Below are positions 19,729-29,539 of a DNA stretch of 64,000 nucleotides, piece by piece; the stretch's first letter is position 1; each line of letters begins with the position of its first letter. Source of the DNA: Candidatus Thorarchaeota archaeon (GTDB lineage Archaea; Asgardarchaeota; Thorarchaeia; Thorarchaeales; Thorarchaeaceae); contig JAGSHN010000020.1 of assembly GCA_029855935.1 (NCBI GenBank), positions 32,001 through 96,000 of the forward strand. The letters are read 5' to 3'. Below the pieces are notes generated by a model. The model was not told the origin of the DNA and searched no databases. It saw only the letters and a program-made list of their open reading frames with translations. A program made the position numbers and the translations under genes.

Positions 19729-19860
19729 GAAATCATTCCCGAGGGCAGTTGATACCTCTTGTTAGCGGTATGCTTAAGTCCAACCACCTCAAGCCGTGTC
19801 AACCTGTAGACGGACATCGGGGCCCAGCACGTCTGTTCGTCACACAGATGAGGTGATACG

Positions 19861-22800
19861 ATGGTCGATGCGAAGGCGCTTGCCAAGAAGGTTGGCAGGG
19901 GCATCCTAGTCACTGCAGCCAGTTTCGTGGCAGGCGTCGCTCTCGGACCAATCGGCCCAGCTGTTGGGGCCTTCGTCGCCAAGAAAATGGCGGAACTCGG
20001 TGTCTCAATCAGCCCTGATAGCGTCAGCAAGATGTTTGAGGACCGCATCGGGAAATCTCCAATGAACATTGCGATGCTCACGGAGAGGGAGAGCCTTGAG
20101 AACATAGCCAAGGCCATTGCCGAAGAAACAAGAGTGTCCCAAGACGAGGCCTTCGCTGCCGTGCAGTACGGAATACGCGAGCTTCGGTCGGCTCTCGATG
20201 GCGTTCTATCATCGATGCGTGAAGACAGGCGACTTCTCCACGAGGTTCTCAATCTCACTGGAGAGAACAACACAAAGATTGACGAGCTGGTCAATAATAG
20301 TAGGCTTGTTGAATCATCATTGAGGAGAATGCAGGATTCTCTTGAGATGATGGATGCTCGACTCGAGGCAGTGTTTCGGGAATTCGCACAGCTCCAGCTT
20401 AGGGGAACCAGACTCGGTCTAGAGAAACTTCGCGTCGTGAGCTTGCTTCAGCGCCAGAGTATTCTGCTGACATCGCGGTACGGTGTGCCCTACGACCCCA
20501 ACTTGTACGTTCCACGCAGACGTGAGGAGGCCGTCTTCAATGCCTTCCTGCACGACATAGGGTACTCCGACAAGAACTGCTTCCTTCTCTTGGGTGATGT
20601 CGGCATGGGCAAGACGTGGTCTATGGCTCGTTTCTCCACAATGGCTCTGGACGAGGGCCTCTTGGTGTTCTTCGTCCCGCTCTCACACGGGGTGCAGACA
20701 CTCACCAGCCTGTTCAATGTTCAGACCATTTCGAATCTGGTCAGCCTGCTGGACGAGATTCTCTCCCAAGAGGATGGAAGAACCCTGATATTCCTTGACG
20801 GTCTCGACGAACTGAGTCCGGCTGATGCTCGTCTGCTTCTTAGGCAGGTTTCAAGCAGTAGATCCAGGTACGTATCCTTCGTCTTGTCCTGCAGAGCCGC
20901 CGACTGGGCCCATAGCGACTCTCTCGTTGAGGCATCGAATCATCTTCGGCACCTGATATACGCTGATGACGATGCTACCCGACGTGCTCACGAGCGCGGT
21001 GTACAGACTCCCGTTTCGATATTCCTCTCTGAGCTTACCGACGACGAGCTGAAGATAGCCATTCAAAGATATGGCCTCCCTACCGATGGCAGCATAGCGA
21101 CGGAAGTCCTGCCGATGTTACGCAAGCCGTACTTCCTCCGCGTTGTGTCTGACTGGTTCGCGGAGCATCATTCAGTCCCACAATTAGATACCCCTGAGTT
21201 TCTCATCCTAATGGCTGGCACTGAAGATTATCAAGACTGTGTCTTCCGTCGCCTTGGAATAGTCACCCACAGGGAGGCGCTCTACAAGCTCGTGGAGTAT
21301 TTCATCATCCAGCGCCGTCACAGGTTCCCTCTCGCAAACCTCCCAATCGAATACGACACCGAAGCATTTCGCGCCTTGATCTCTTCAGGACTGATCACAC
21401 TCAGACAGGGCACACTAGGAGTTGAGGCGTCGCTGAATCCCGAGTTCTCTCTCCCCCTCATCAGCCTCACCCTTGCTCGACTCAAGGCCCAAGGCAGGCG
21501 TGAAACCGTCATAGAGTCGCTCAGGTCTTGGCTCCCCGAGATTGCTGAGTCAGCGACTCGCCTTGCAGATGCGCTTCTGAGTTATCTCGGCAGTAGCATT
21601 GATGTTCCAACTGAGATGGCACAGGAAGGAACAGATCGTACAACGACCCTGCCGCAGACTGCGGGAGAAAGTTCGATGGATAGCGCAGAGATCCAACGCC
21701 CGGCTCTAGTCGCTGTTTCACAGCCAGCCCGCATCCTTTCGTCAATTGGTGGGGTTCCGACGGAACTGACCAACGAGGTCTTTGAAGGAATACGAACTGT
21801 TCTCAACGATAGCGACACGGCGACTCGTGCTAGCGCCGCACTTGCGCTAGCACTGGCAGGAACCGCACTGGATGAACCACGAGAAGCATTTTCACTTCTG
21901 CTCACGTGCTTGACAGATGGGGAGATAGAGGTGCGTTTCAGTGCTGCCATTGGCCTCGGACTGGTGGCAACAGCGATGCACGACTGTGAAGATGCGATTT
22001 CTTCCCTGAGTAGTCTCCTCAAGAGAATTGATGACACTTGGGACATTCATCAAGCTGTGGCATTGGGTCTGGGTCTCGCCGGAACTGTCGCGAGCGACCC
22101 CCAAGAGCTGGTTTCAGCACTCAACGTAGCCCCTTGGAGCGAACCAGGACAGAAACACATCGAAACGGCCTGTGGTCACTTGCTAGCTCTTGCCTTTGTC
22201 GCGCCAGCGCTGGTTGATGTCCGAGAGGTCATCGAAGTCCTGCGGAGCAACGTGGAGCGTGGGGACGCCGTTGTGCGAGATTGCGGGGCACTTGGCCTCG
22301 GCATTGTAGGGATGATGCTGGGTCATTCACAAGAGGTACTTGATACCCTGCGTCGGCTGCTGTTCGACTCCGAAGAGACTGTGTCTGTTCGCCAACAGGC
22401 TGCACTTGGGCTCGCGCTCGCAGGCGTACTGTCAGACAGTCCAGAGGACATCTTAGTAATGGCGCTTCCCTTCCTCTCATATGATGCTGAGCCAAGCAGT
22501 GGGTTTCTTGGCCCTAGCCACGACGAACTCGATGATGGTAGCGACGAGGAGGACGAGATTCCGGATCTTCCGGCTCCTCCAGGCTACAACGGTGCAGAAG
22601 AAACGGCTCAGATTCGTGAGGCCGTTGCTGAAGGCCTTGGGCTGATTGCAACTGTATTGGAAAGAGCCCACGACGCGACAAACTTGTTGCGTCATCTCCT
22701 TGAAGACAAGAGTTACCACATACGCCGAGGGGCTGCGTTCGGGTTGGCGTTGGCCGGAACCGTAGCGAAGAACCAGAATCAAATAGTCGCTCTGCTGGCA

Positions 22801-23313
22801 TCGCTTCTTGAGAACCGACAGGAGGACACAACGGTTCGTGCGCAGGCTGCTCTCGCCCTCGCAGTGTTGAGCACTTCTCTCAGTGAGCCGGATCACATTG
22901 TAACACTGCTGGTCAATCTTCTCAAAGAACCCTATGAACACAGGCTAGTCCGAGCTAGAGCTGCGTTCGGACTTGCTCTCATTGCGACAGCAACAGATAA
23001 GCGAAGGGAGATATGTGATGTCCTAAAGTCCGTAGCCATCGAAGGAAGTAATCCGGTGCGCCCAGACGCCATAGTTGCCCTCGGCCTAGCGGCAAGCAAT
23101 ATTGGCCAGCCGTGGTACGAGATTCTAAACGATAGTAGCGATGATGACAGGAGTGGTCATAGGGTCAATGCGATACTCGCGTCTCGAGCTGCTGTCATTG
23201 GGCTGGCTTTGGACGAATTCAGGCTCCGCTCGTACTATCCCTTCTGGTACTACGTTGGCTGCTATCTGTGCTTGGCTAGACAAATCCGGCCTCGTTTCCG
23301 CACAGACGGTTGA
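19861..23313 (+). CDS. STAND/NACHT-like NTPase with C-terminal PC/HEAT-like helical repeats
   Basis: Walker A GDVGMGKT (20593-20616), Walker B LIFLDGLDE, FVLSCR, LRKPYFL; about 11 repeats with AALGLGL-type helices. GAGGTGA RBS. Confidence 0.8.
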   Translation: MVDAKALAKKVGRGILVTAASFVAGVALGPIGPAVGAFVAKKMAELGVSISPDSVSKMFEDRIGKSPMNIAMLTERESLENIAKAIAEETRVSQDEAFAAVQYGIRELRSALDGVLSSMREDRRLLHEVLNLTGENNTKIDELVNNSRLVESSLRRMQDSLEMMDARLEAVFREFAQLQLRGTRLGLEKLRVVSLLQRQSILLTSRYGVPYDPNLYVPRRREEAVFNAFLHDIGYSDKNCFLLLGDVGMGKTWSMARFSTMALDEGLLVFFVPLSHGVQTLTSLFNVQTISNLVSLLDEILSQEDGRTLIFLDGLDELSPADARLLLRQVSSSRSRYVSFVLSCRAADWAHSDSLVEASNHLRHLIYADDDATRRAHERGVQTPVSIFLSELTDDELKIAIQRYGLPTDGSIATEVLPMLRKPYFLRVVSDWFAEHHSVPQLDTPEFLILMAGTEDYQDCVFRRLGIVTHREALYKLVEYFIIQRRHRFPLANLPIEYDTEAFRALISSGLITLRQGTLGVEASLNPEFSLPLISLTLARLKAQGRRETVIESLRSWLPEIAESATRLADALLSYLGSSIDVPTEMAQEGTDRTTTLPQTAGESSMDSAEIQRPALVAVSQPARILSSIGGVPTELTNEVFEGIRTVLNDSDTATRASAALALALAGTALDEPREAFSLLLTCLTDGEIEVRFSAAIGLGLVATAMHDCEDAISSLSSLLKRIDDTWDIHQAVALGLGLAGTVASDPQELVSALNVAPWSEPGQKHIETACGHLLALAFVAPALVDVREVIEVLRSNVERGDAVVRDCGALGLGIVGMMLGHSQEVLDTLRRLLFDSEETVSVRQQAALGLALAGVLSDSPEDILVMALPFLSYDAEPSSGFLGPSHDELDDGSDEEDEIPDLPAPPGYNGAEETAQIREAVAEGLGLIATVLERAHDATNLLRHLLEDKSYHIRRGAAFGLALAGTVAKNQNQIVALLASLLENRQEDTTVRAQAALALAVLSTSLSEPDHIVTLLVNLLKEPYEHRLVRARAAFGLALIATATDKRREICDVLKSVAIEGSNPVRPDAIVALGLAASNIGQPWYEILNDSSDDDRSGHRVNAILASRAAVIGLALDEFRLRSYYPFWYYVGCYLCLARQIRPRFRTDG
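21766..23100 (+). repeat. About 11 coding helical repeats of 36-40 aa (PC/HEAT-like)
   Basis: RASAALALAL, RFSAAIGLGL, HQAVALGLGL, RDCGALGLGI, RQQAALGLAL, REAVAEGLGL, RRGAAFGLAL, RAQAALALAV, RARAAFGLAL, RPDAIVALGL. Confidence 0.8.
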
Positions 23314-23528
23314 CATCAGACTGAGAGGTCGAACGCGACAGCCAGCGATGATTCAAGCACCGATATGCAAGATGGGGACCTACGCGACGGCGATAGAACC
23401 ATTTGTTTCGGTATCACTGGTGGATTCGGCTACAGGAGAGAACGCCTCGCATATAGATAGGAACTGACTGGCAATCTACAGAAAGAAATATCACCGCGAC
23501 GCCACGTCACAGGACGCAGGGAGATGCA

Positions 23529-24071
23529 ATGGTCGACATCGACTTCGCTGACTACGTGGATGTGATAAAAGACTGGCCACAGCCGGGTCAGGCCGTCTGT
23601 GATATCAGCAGGCTCCTTGAGGACCCAACAGTGTTCCATGAGGCAGTCGTCACGCTCGCCAAGCCCCTCGTGGAACTGCGACCGAACAAGGTTGTGGGGA
23701 TAGATCAGCGCGGCCTTGCCCTGGGCAGTGCCATTGCCTACTACCTTGGATGCGGTATCGTACCGACGAGATCGATTGCCTACCTTCCGGAGGACTACAG
23801 ACGCCCTGTGGAGCTCCTCCCTGCAAGCCGCTTTGCGGACCAGAGGCTGGCGCTGGTCTCAGAGTCGATTGACCCAGGCGACCGTGTCGTGATCGTGGAC
23901 GACTGGATCACGCAGGGGACAACTGTTCTCGCCGTCAAGAGAATTGTGGAGAGGCTTGGCGCACAGGTCGTCGGCGTGGCATGTGTGATCAACAACCTGT
24001 CGGAGACTCGTCGAAAGATACTGGGCCGGCCCGAGATTCACTCTCTGATTGAGAACTTGCCCTTTGAGTAG
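23529..24071 (+). CDS. apt: Adenine phosphoribosyltransferase-like PRTase
   Basis: IKDWPQPG..CDISRLL, VVGIDQRG, GDRVVIVDDWITQGTT. Confidence 0.75.
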   Translation: MVDIDFADYVDVIKDWPQPGQAVCDISRLLEDPTVFHEAVVTLAKPLVELRPNKVVGIDQRGLALGSAIAYYLGCGIVPTRSIAYLPEDYRRPVELLPASRFADQRLALVSESIDPGDRVVIVDDWITQGTTVLAVKRIVERLGAQVVGVACVINNLSETRRKILGRPEIHSLIENLPFE

Positions 24072-24247
24072 TGGGCCAGCCCATGAGGTCATCTCCTGCG
24101 AAAGCTGTCCACTGACCTATCATTTGAGATTTCCAACAGCCAGACTTTCTGCTGGCGGTCTCTCCGCCAGATGACAGGTCGCAGACAGGCAAAAGATAGG
24201 TGAGGAGGACCGAACGGGCGCGACAATGACCCGCCGGTCCCTGTCCT

Positions 24248-25933
24248 CTATTGTTCCTCCTTCTCTTCCCGCGCTCTGAGCTCGCGTCGGAGAACCTTGC
24301 CCACAGCCGTCTTCGGCAGCTCGTCAACGAACTCGATCTCGGTGGGCACCTTGTAGGGGGACATTCGTTCCTTGCAGAATGCACGGATCTCCTCGAATGT
24401 TGCGGTCTCGCCAGGCTCGAGCACAATGAACGCCTTGACAGTCTCTCCACGCGTCGGGTGTGGGACACCGACGACCGCGGCCTCCCGTATCTTGGGGTGC
24501 TCGAACAGGACCTCCTCCACATCGCGCGGCCAGACCTTGTAGCCGCTGGCGTTGATGAGGTCCTTCTTCCTGTCGACTATGTAGGTCCACCCGTCCTTGT
24601 CCATCTTGGCAATGTCGCCAGTGAGCAGCCAACCGTCCTCCGTCAGCACGTCAGCCGTCTCGTCGGGCCTGTTATGATAGCCCTTCATCACCTGAGGCCC
24701 CTTGACACTGAGCTCTCCCACCTCACCAGGTGGCAGAATCTTGGTCCGATCATCGAGGTCGACTATGCGACAGTCGGTACTGGGCATAGGTAGACCGATA
24801 GAGCCAACCTTTCGCAGTTCCTTGTCCAGTGGGTTGGCATGAGTGACCGGGCTGGCCTCCGAGAGGCCGTAGCCCTCAATGATGATACTGTTCGTGGCCG
24901 CCTCCCACTTCCTTGTGACCTCTGCAGGCAGCGCCATTGCACCTGCGATGGCCATCTTCAACGAGGTCAGGTCGTACTTCTTGACCTCAGGATGCGAATA
25001 TATGGCTATGGCCAGAGTTGCCACAATTGGGAAGAAGGTCGGCTTCTGCGTGTGAATCAGCTTTAGCAGCTTCTTGATGTCACGAGGGTCAACGACAAGA
25101 AGAATCTTCGATGCCCAGGCGATGCCAAGATTCATTGTCACTGTCTGCCCAAAGATGTGCTGCAGCGGCAGCGCGCCAACAAAGATCTCTCTCCCCTTCT
25201 CGGCCATCCAGTCCATCCAAGCACTGCACTGCGCACAGTTCGCCTTGAGGTTGTTGTGCGTCAGCATTGCTGCCTTTGGAATACCAGTCGTACCCCCTGT
25301 GAACTGATAGACAGCGAGGTCCTCGGCCGGGTTGATCGTCACTTCTGGGGGCTCCGGTACAGCATCAGCAAGGAACTGCTCCCAGGTCATGTCGTTGGGT
25401 CCAAGTGGCGGGACCTCCTTCATCTGCTTCCTGTAGACCAGCTTTGGCGCCAGTATCCTCTTTATCTTGCTGAGCATATCCCACGCTGCTGTCACAATGA
25501 CACGCTCAAGGTTGGTCTCCTCCCGTATGGCATTCACGACCTTGAGGAAAAAGTTCATTGTCACCAATATCTTGGCGCCAGTGTCCTGAAGATATACCCT
25601 GAGTTCCTTGGGCATACTCAATGGGTTGACAGGCGTGACTATCGCACCGCATTTCAACGCGCCATAGTACGCGATGACGAACTGTGGAATATTGGGAAGC
25701 ATTAGTGCAACTGCATCGCCCTTGCGCACACCGAGTCTGTAGAAGGCGTTGGCCGCCCTGTCAACGTAATCGCCAAGCTCCTTGTAGGTTATCTCTGTAC
25801 CCTCGAAGAAGAGGGCCACATTGTCAGGATATTCTGCAATCGCCTGGTCCAAGTTGGCCCAGAGCGGACTGTCGTCCAGCTCAATCTCTCTGGGTGTACC
25901 AGGAACATAGTGTTCGTACCACGGTCGATCCAA
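24248..25933 (-). CDS. Long-chain-fatty-acid--CoA ligase
   Basis: FTGGTTGIPKAA, EGYGLSEASP, GPQVMKGY, LTGDIA..DRKKD, LPKTAVGK. Confidence 0.92.
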   Translation of the reverse strand: MDRPWYEHYVPGTPREIELDDSPLWANLDQAIAEYPDNVALFFEGTEITYKELGDYVDRAANAFYRLGVRKGDAVALMLPNIPQFVIAYYGALKCGAIVTPVNPLSMPKELRVYLQDTGAKILVTMNFFLKVVNAIREETNLERVIVTAAWDMLSKIKRILAPKLVYRKQMKEVPPLGPNDMTWEQFLADAVPEPPEVTINPAEDLAVYQFTGGTTGIPKAAMLTHNNLKANCAQCSAWMDWMAEKGREIFVGALPLQHIFGQTVTMNLGIAWASKILLVVDPRDIKKLLKLIHTQKPTFFPIVATLAIAIYSHPEVKKYDLTSLKMAIAGAMALPAEVTRKWEAATNSIIIEGYGLSEASPVTHANPLDKELRKVGSIGLPMPSTDCRIVDLDDRTKILPPGEVGELSVKGPQVMKGYHNRPDETADVLTEDGWLLTGDIAKMDKDGWTYIVDRKKDLINASGYKVWPRDVEEVLFEHPKIREAAVVGVPHPTRGETVKAFIVLEPGETATFEEIRAFCKERMSPYKVPTEIEFVDELPKTAVGKVLRRELRAREEKEEQ

Positions 25934-26035
25934 TTCGGTCTTCTCTCCTCGTCCAAGCTCTATCCAGAATGCCCTCTGATTCGTACGCCCTGAATAAATG
26001 CCTTCCGATGTTCTCGGAGAGCAATACGTGCGGCA

Positions 26036-27238
26036 CTAGCGCAGTGACAGCACGCCCTTCAACGAGAGCCTTGCGATTCGCGCGAAGATGCGTAACACGT
26101 CGCGTTTCGACAACCTCTGGCCATTCATTGAGGCAGCAACTATCCTCTGCAATTCCCTCTCGCTCTCGCCGATACGAAACAGGGTATCGGTCACGCAGCT
26201 AGTAAACAGACGTTGGGCGAGAAGCATTCCGGGCATATGCCGGCCGAAGGCATACATCCAGAGATGCTGGTAGGGCTCAAGAGTAGAGGAGCTGAGATCA
26301 TCGTTCTCAAGACAACGTGTCAGCACACAAGCCGCATACCGACCCGCCAGCATTGCATAGTGGATCCCTCCGCCGGTCAGAGGGTTGACCATTCCAGCAG
26401 CATCGCCAATGAGAACGCATCTGTCTGAGTACGTCCGCGCAATTGGGCCACCAGTGGGCAAGAGTGCCCCGCGCGCTCCTGAAAGGTCAAGGTCCCTAGG
26501 GAGACGACCGCTGCGCTGAAGGAATCGGACGAATGCCCTGAATATGCGAGGCAGTCCTGCTGCACGGGGGCTGACGACACCGATTCCCACGTTGATTGTG
26601 TGAAGCTTGGGAAACACCCAGCCATAGCCGGGATATCCGCCGAAATTCGCATAGAAGTGGCATTCTCGGTCGTCCGTGTACAGCTCGACTACTGTAGACT
26701 CCGAGACAGGGGCCTCAACCACTTGGCACGCGGTGATGTCCGAGCGGCGCCATCGGATATTCAGCCCGGTGTCCCTTGCGACAATACTGTTGACGCCATC
26801 GGCACCGACAACCGCCCTCGCGAGGATCTCGCCTCCTCCGCTCAGTGTCAGTCGTACCGTATCAGAAGATATGTGAACGCTCTTGACGCGTGTGCCCAGA
26901 CGCGCGTCCGCCCCAGCATCTACGGCCTCTCTGCGCAGGACATCATCGAAGATCACTCGGAGCGTCGTATGCATCTCCACCTGGCCTCCCAAGGCAACGC
27001 GAAGATTCGGAGAGTGAAGAACAGCGAATCGGCTGGTGCTCTCAATGACCTCACGACGGCGCCTTGCCAGATAGTGGAACTCATCCAGCACGGCCGGAGA
27101 AAAGCCTCCCCCGCAGGGCTTGTCACGTGGAAACTGCGCCCTATCCACAAGCACCACGTCGAGTCCCGCGCGCGCCAGATACCGGGCGCAGACCGACCCC
27201 GCCGGACCGGCTCCCACAACCACGACATCACGGACCAT
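26036..27238 (-). CDS. Geranylgeranyl reductase family flavoprotein
   Basis: VVGAGPAGS, FPRDKPCGG, GADGVNS, YGWVFPK, IGDAAGMVNPLTGGGI. Confidence 0.88.
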   Translation of the reverse strand: MVRDVVVVGAGPAGSVCARYLARAGLDVVLVDRAQFPRDKPCGGGFSPAVLDEFHYLARRRREVIESTSRFAVLHSPNLRVALGGQVEMHTTLRVIFDDVLRREAVDAGADARLGTRVKSVHISSDTVRLTLSGGGEILARAVVGADGVNSIVARDTGLNIRWRRSDITACQVVEAPVSESTVVELYTDDRECHFYANFGGYPGYGWVFPKLHTINVGIGVVSPRAAGLPRIFRAFVRFLQRSGRLPRDLDLSGARGALLPTGGPIARTYSDRCVLIGDAAGMVNPLTGGGIHYAMLAGRYAACVLTRCLENDDLSSSTLEPYQHLWMYAFGRHMPGMLLAQRLFTSCVTDTLFRIGESERELQRIVAASMNGQRLSKRDVLRIFARIARLSLKGVLSLR

Positions 27239-27330
27239 CCAAGGGACACCCTCCTTCCGCGCAGTCCGCGCGCATTCTCACTGATGTTCGTTGACGACCG
27301 TTCGGAATGACCACACTCTCCAGTGTGTGA

Positions 27331-28242
27331 TCACTCGGGCCTCCTTATGTAGAGCTCGAACACGCCCGACTTGAGGGAACTGTTGGGCGCGAGCTTGACA
27401 ACCGTGTTGCCTATCTTGAGAGCCTCTGGTGAACCCGTCCCCTTCTTCCACACGTCCGAGAACATCGGAGAGTGGACGTTGGTCTGAAAGTCTGATACCA
27501 CCCGTGACAGCGCCTCATCAAGATACGCCTCTGTGAGTCCCAAAGTCTCAAGGTCAACTCCCGTCCTAAACAGACGTGCCTCTTCTACCGCACCGGCCCT
27601 CAGGTCAAATGCGTAGCCTATTCCACCCACGAGATGGTACACCCCGTGCTGGACTGCCGGGATCTCGTCAAGGACCAAGACAGTCCCGTCTGTCAAGATG
27701 ACGTACTCGACATCTGCCGCATTGAATGGTATCATCGCGGCCTCCACCGCCACCTCATCCAGCTTGAGCCGGCTCGAGAAATAGTCATTCAGTGTGCGAA
27801 TCTTCAGGTCCACCCTGAGGGCATCATAGTCGCCTTGATGAACTATGTTCTTGGCCTTTCGTACAAGGACGTGAATGACTCTCTGGCACTTCCGCAGGAA
27901 GGCCAGTGTGTCGTCAGCCGTCTTGGTGAACTCTCCGGCACCGATGACGGCTCGCATATACTGCATGCCGCGGAGATTCTGCAGCAGCGTTCGGCTGAAG
28001 TATGTGATGCCCTCGGCCTCAAGAAGACCCTCGTAGTCAGCCAGCTCCTGTGGTACCGACCTCCGGATATAGACCTGCCGTGGTACCTTTTTCCGCGAGG
28101 ACTTGAAGAAGAGCGCGATGTCCAGATCTCTGTGCGGCACGTCTGCAAGCTGTCGAAGGAACGGGCCCGGAGGAAGTATCTCAGTCGCCTTTGCCTTCAG
28201 GTACAGCTTGCTGTACTTCGTGAACAGGTCCTTGCTAGACAT
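27331..28242 (-). CDS. Hypothetical protein
   Basis: 303-aa ORF with globular composition and codon pattern like its neighbours. No motif recognised. Confidence 0.65.
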   Translation of the reverse strand: MSSKDLFTKYSKLYLKAKATEILPPGPFLRQLADVPHRDLDIALFFKSSRKKVPRQVYIRRSVPQELADYEGLLEAEGITYFSRTLLQNLRGMQYMRAVIGAGEFTKTADDTLAFLRKCQRVIHVLVRKAKNIVHQGDYDALRVDLKIRTLNDYFSSRLKLDEVAVEAAMIPFNAADVEYVILTDGTVLVLDEIPAVQHGVYHLVGGIGYAFDLRAGAVEEARLFRTGVDLETLGLTEAYLDEALSRVVSDFQTNVHSPMFSDVWKKGTGSPEALKIGNTVVKLAPNSSLKSGVFELYIRRPE

Positions 28243-28436
28243 AGGGCCACTCCGCCGAAGGCATGTCGGCCTCCGCTATTATCTCTTCTTGTTCTCCTCG
28301 GTTCGGACGGGGTGGCAAGATCGGGCAAGGCAACGGAGACGGGAACACCCATTAGGTAAGAGGATGGACACCTCAAGTGACGACAAGTATAAAGGTGGAA
28401 ACCAACCGACCTCATAGACCAGAACTCCCCGCAGGT

Positions 28437-28754
28437 GTGTCTGTATTGAACAAGAACCAGAAGTCCATATTGCTGGCATCTGTTGGAACGCTGTTGTTCA
28501 TCATAGCCCTCTTCTGGCTTCTGCCGATAGAAGGCCTCTACCTTCTGGCACTGCTGACTATGTTCGCCGGGGTGATTCTCATCGGCGTGGGGACTGCACT
28601 TGCAAAGGGCTTTGACAGAACCATCGAGACGCCTGCGGAAGATTGCTATTTCTGTGGCGGGACGGGGATAGTCGACAGCCCAGAAGGGAAGAGACCGTGC
28701 CCACGGTGTGGTGGTACCGGCATAGCCCCTGATGCGGACACCACCGGACTCTGA
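28437..28754 (+). CDS. Small 2-TM protein with DnaJ-type CxxCxGxG zinc finger
   Basis: Two TM helices, then CYFCGGTG and CPRCGGTG. TATA-like GTATAAA at ~28387 supports the GTG 28437 start. Confidence 0.7.
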   Translation: MSVLNKNQKSILLASVGTLLFIIALFWLLPIEGLYLLALLTMFAGVILIGVGTALAKGFDRTIETPAEDCYFCGGTGIVDSPEGKRPCPRCGGTGIAPDADTTGL

Positions 28755-28776
28755 TGCTTCCGGCGGAGCGAGGAGA

Positions 28777-29487
28777 ATGCGACACATCCTTGCCATTGGA
28801 CATAGAGGTGCGGCCGCCCACGCTCCGGAGAATACCCTGCTGTCCTTTCAGACGGCGTGGAAGATGGGCGCCGACATGATTGAACTGGACATCCGCTCCA
28901 CGGCGGATGGTCACGTCGTATGTATCCACGATGAGGATCTGGTGCGCACCTGCCATACACAGGGCAGGGTAGGGGAGACAACCCTCGAGGTACTCAGGAG
29001 TCTGGACGCTGGTCGTGGTGAGCGGATTCCCCTCCTCTCCGAGGTTCTCGACTTCGCGAGAGGACGGGTCATGGTCAACATCGAGATAAAGGAGCAGGGT
29101 GTCGAACTCGCTGCACTGGATATGGTCGCAGAGCGAGAGATGCTTAACGAGGTCCTGTTCTCCTCCTTCATCTACGAAACGCTGGTCAGAATACGTGACA
29201 GAGAAACCGAGGCGAAGACCGGAATGCTCTATGCCAAGCCACCGGATGACCCTGTTGCAAAAGCGCTTGAGATCAAGGCCGATGCAATGAACCCTCTGTT
29301 CTTGACCGTGACACCAGAGCTTGTCGAGAGGGCCCACTCAGCCGGACTGAAGGTGTACGTCTGGACCGTGAATGACGCAGATGTGATGACCGAACTCCTC
29401 GCCATCGGTGTGGACGGAATCATCTCCGATATGCCAGATCTTGCCAGAACCGTTGTTGACGAGTACGTCGCGGGCCTGGCCAGATGA
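28777..29487 (+). CDS. Glycerophosphodiester phosphodiesterase
   Basis: IGHRGAAAHAPENTL, IELDI..TADG..CIHD, NIEIK, VWTVND, GVDGIISD. Confidence 0.92.
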   Translation: MRHILAIGHRGAAAHAPENTLLSFQTAWKMGADMIELDIRSTADGHVVCIHDEDLVRTCHTQGRVGETTLEVLRSLDAGRGERIPLLSEVLDFARGRVMVNIEIKEQGVELAALDMVAEREMLNEVLFSSFIYETLVRIRDRETEAKTGMLYAKPPDDPVAKALEIKADAMNPLFLTVTPELVERAHSAGLKVYVWTVNDADVMTELLAIGVDGIISDMPDLARTVVDEYVAGLAR

Positions 29488-29539
29488 CGCCCTGCGGCCC
29501 ATCAGTCGCGGTCCAGAGTCCGACGAACGCTTCTATGCC

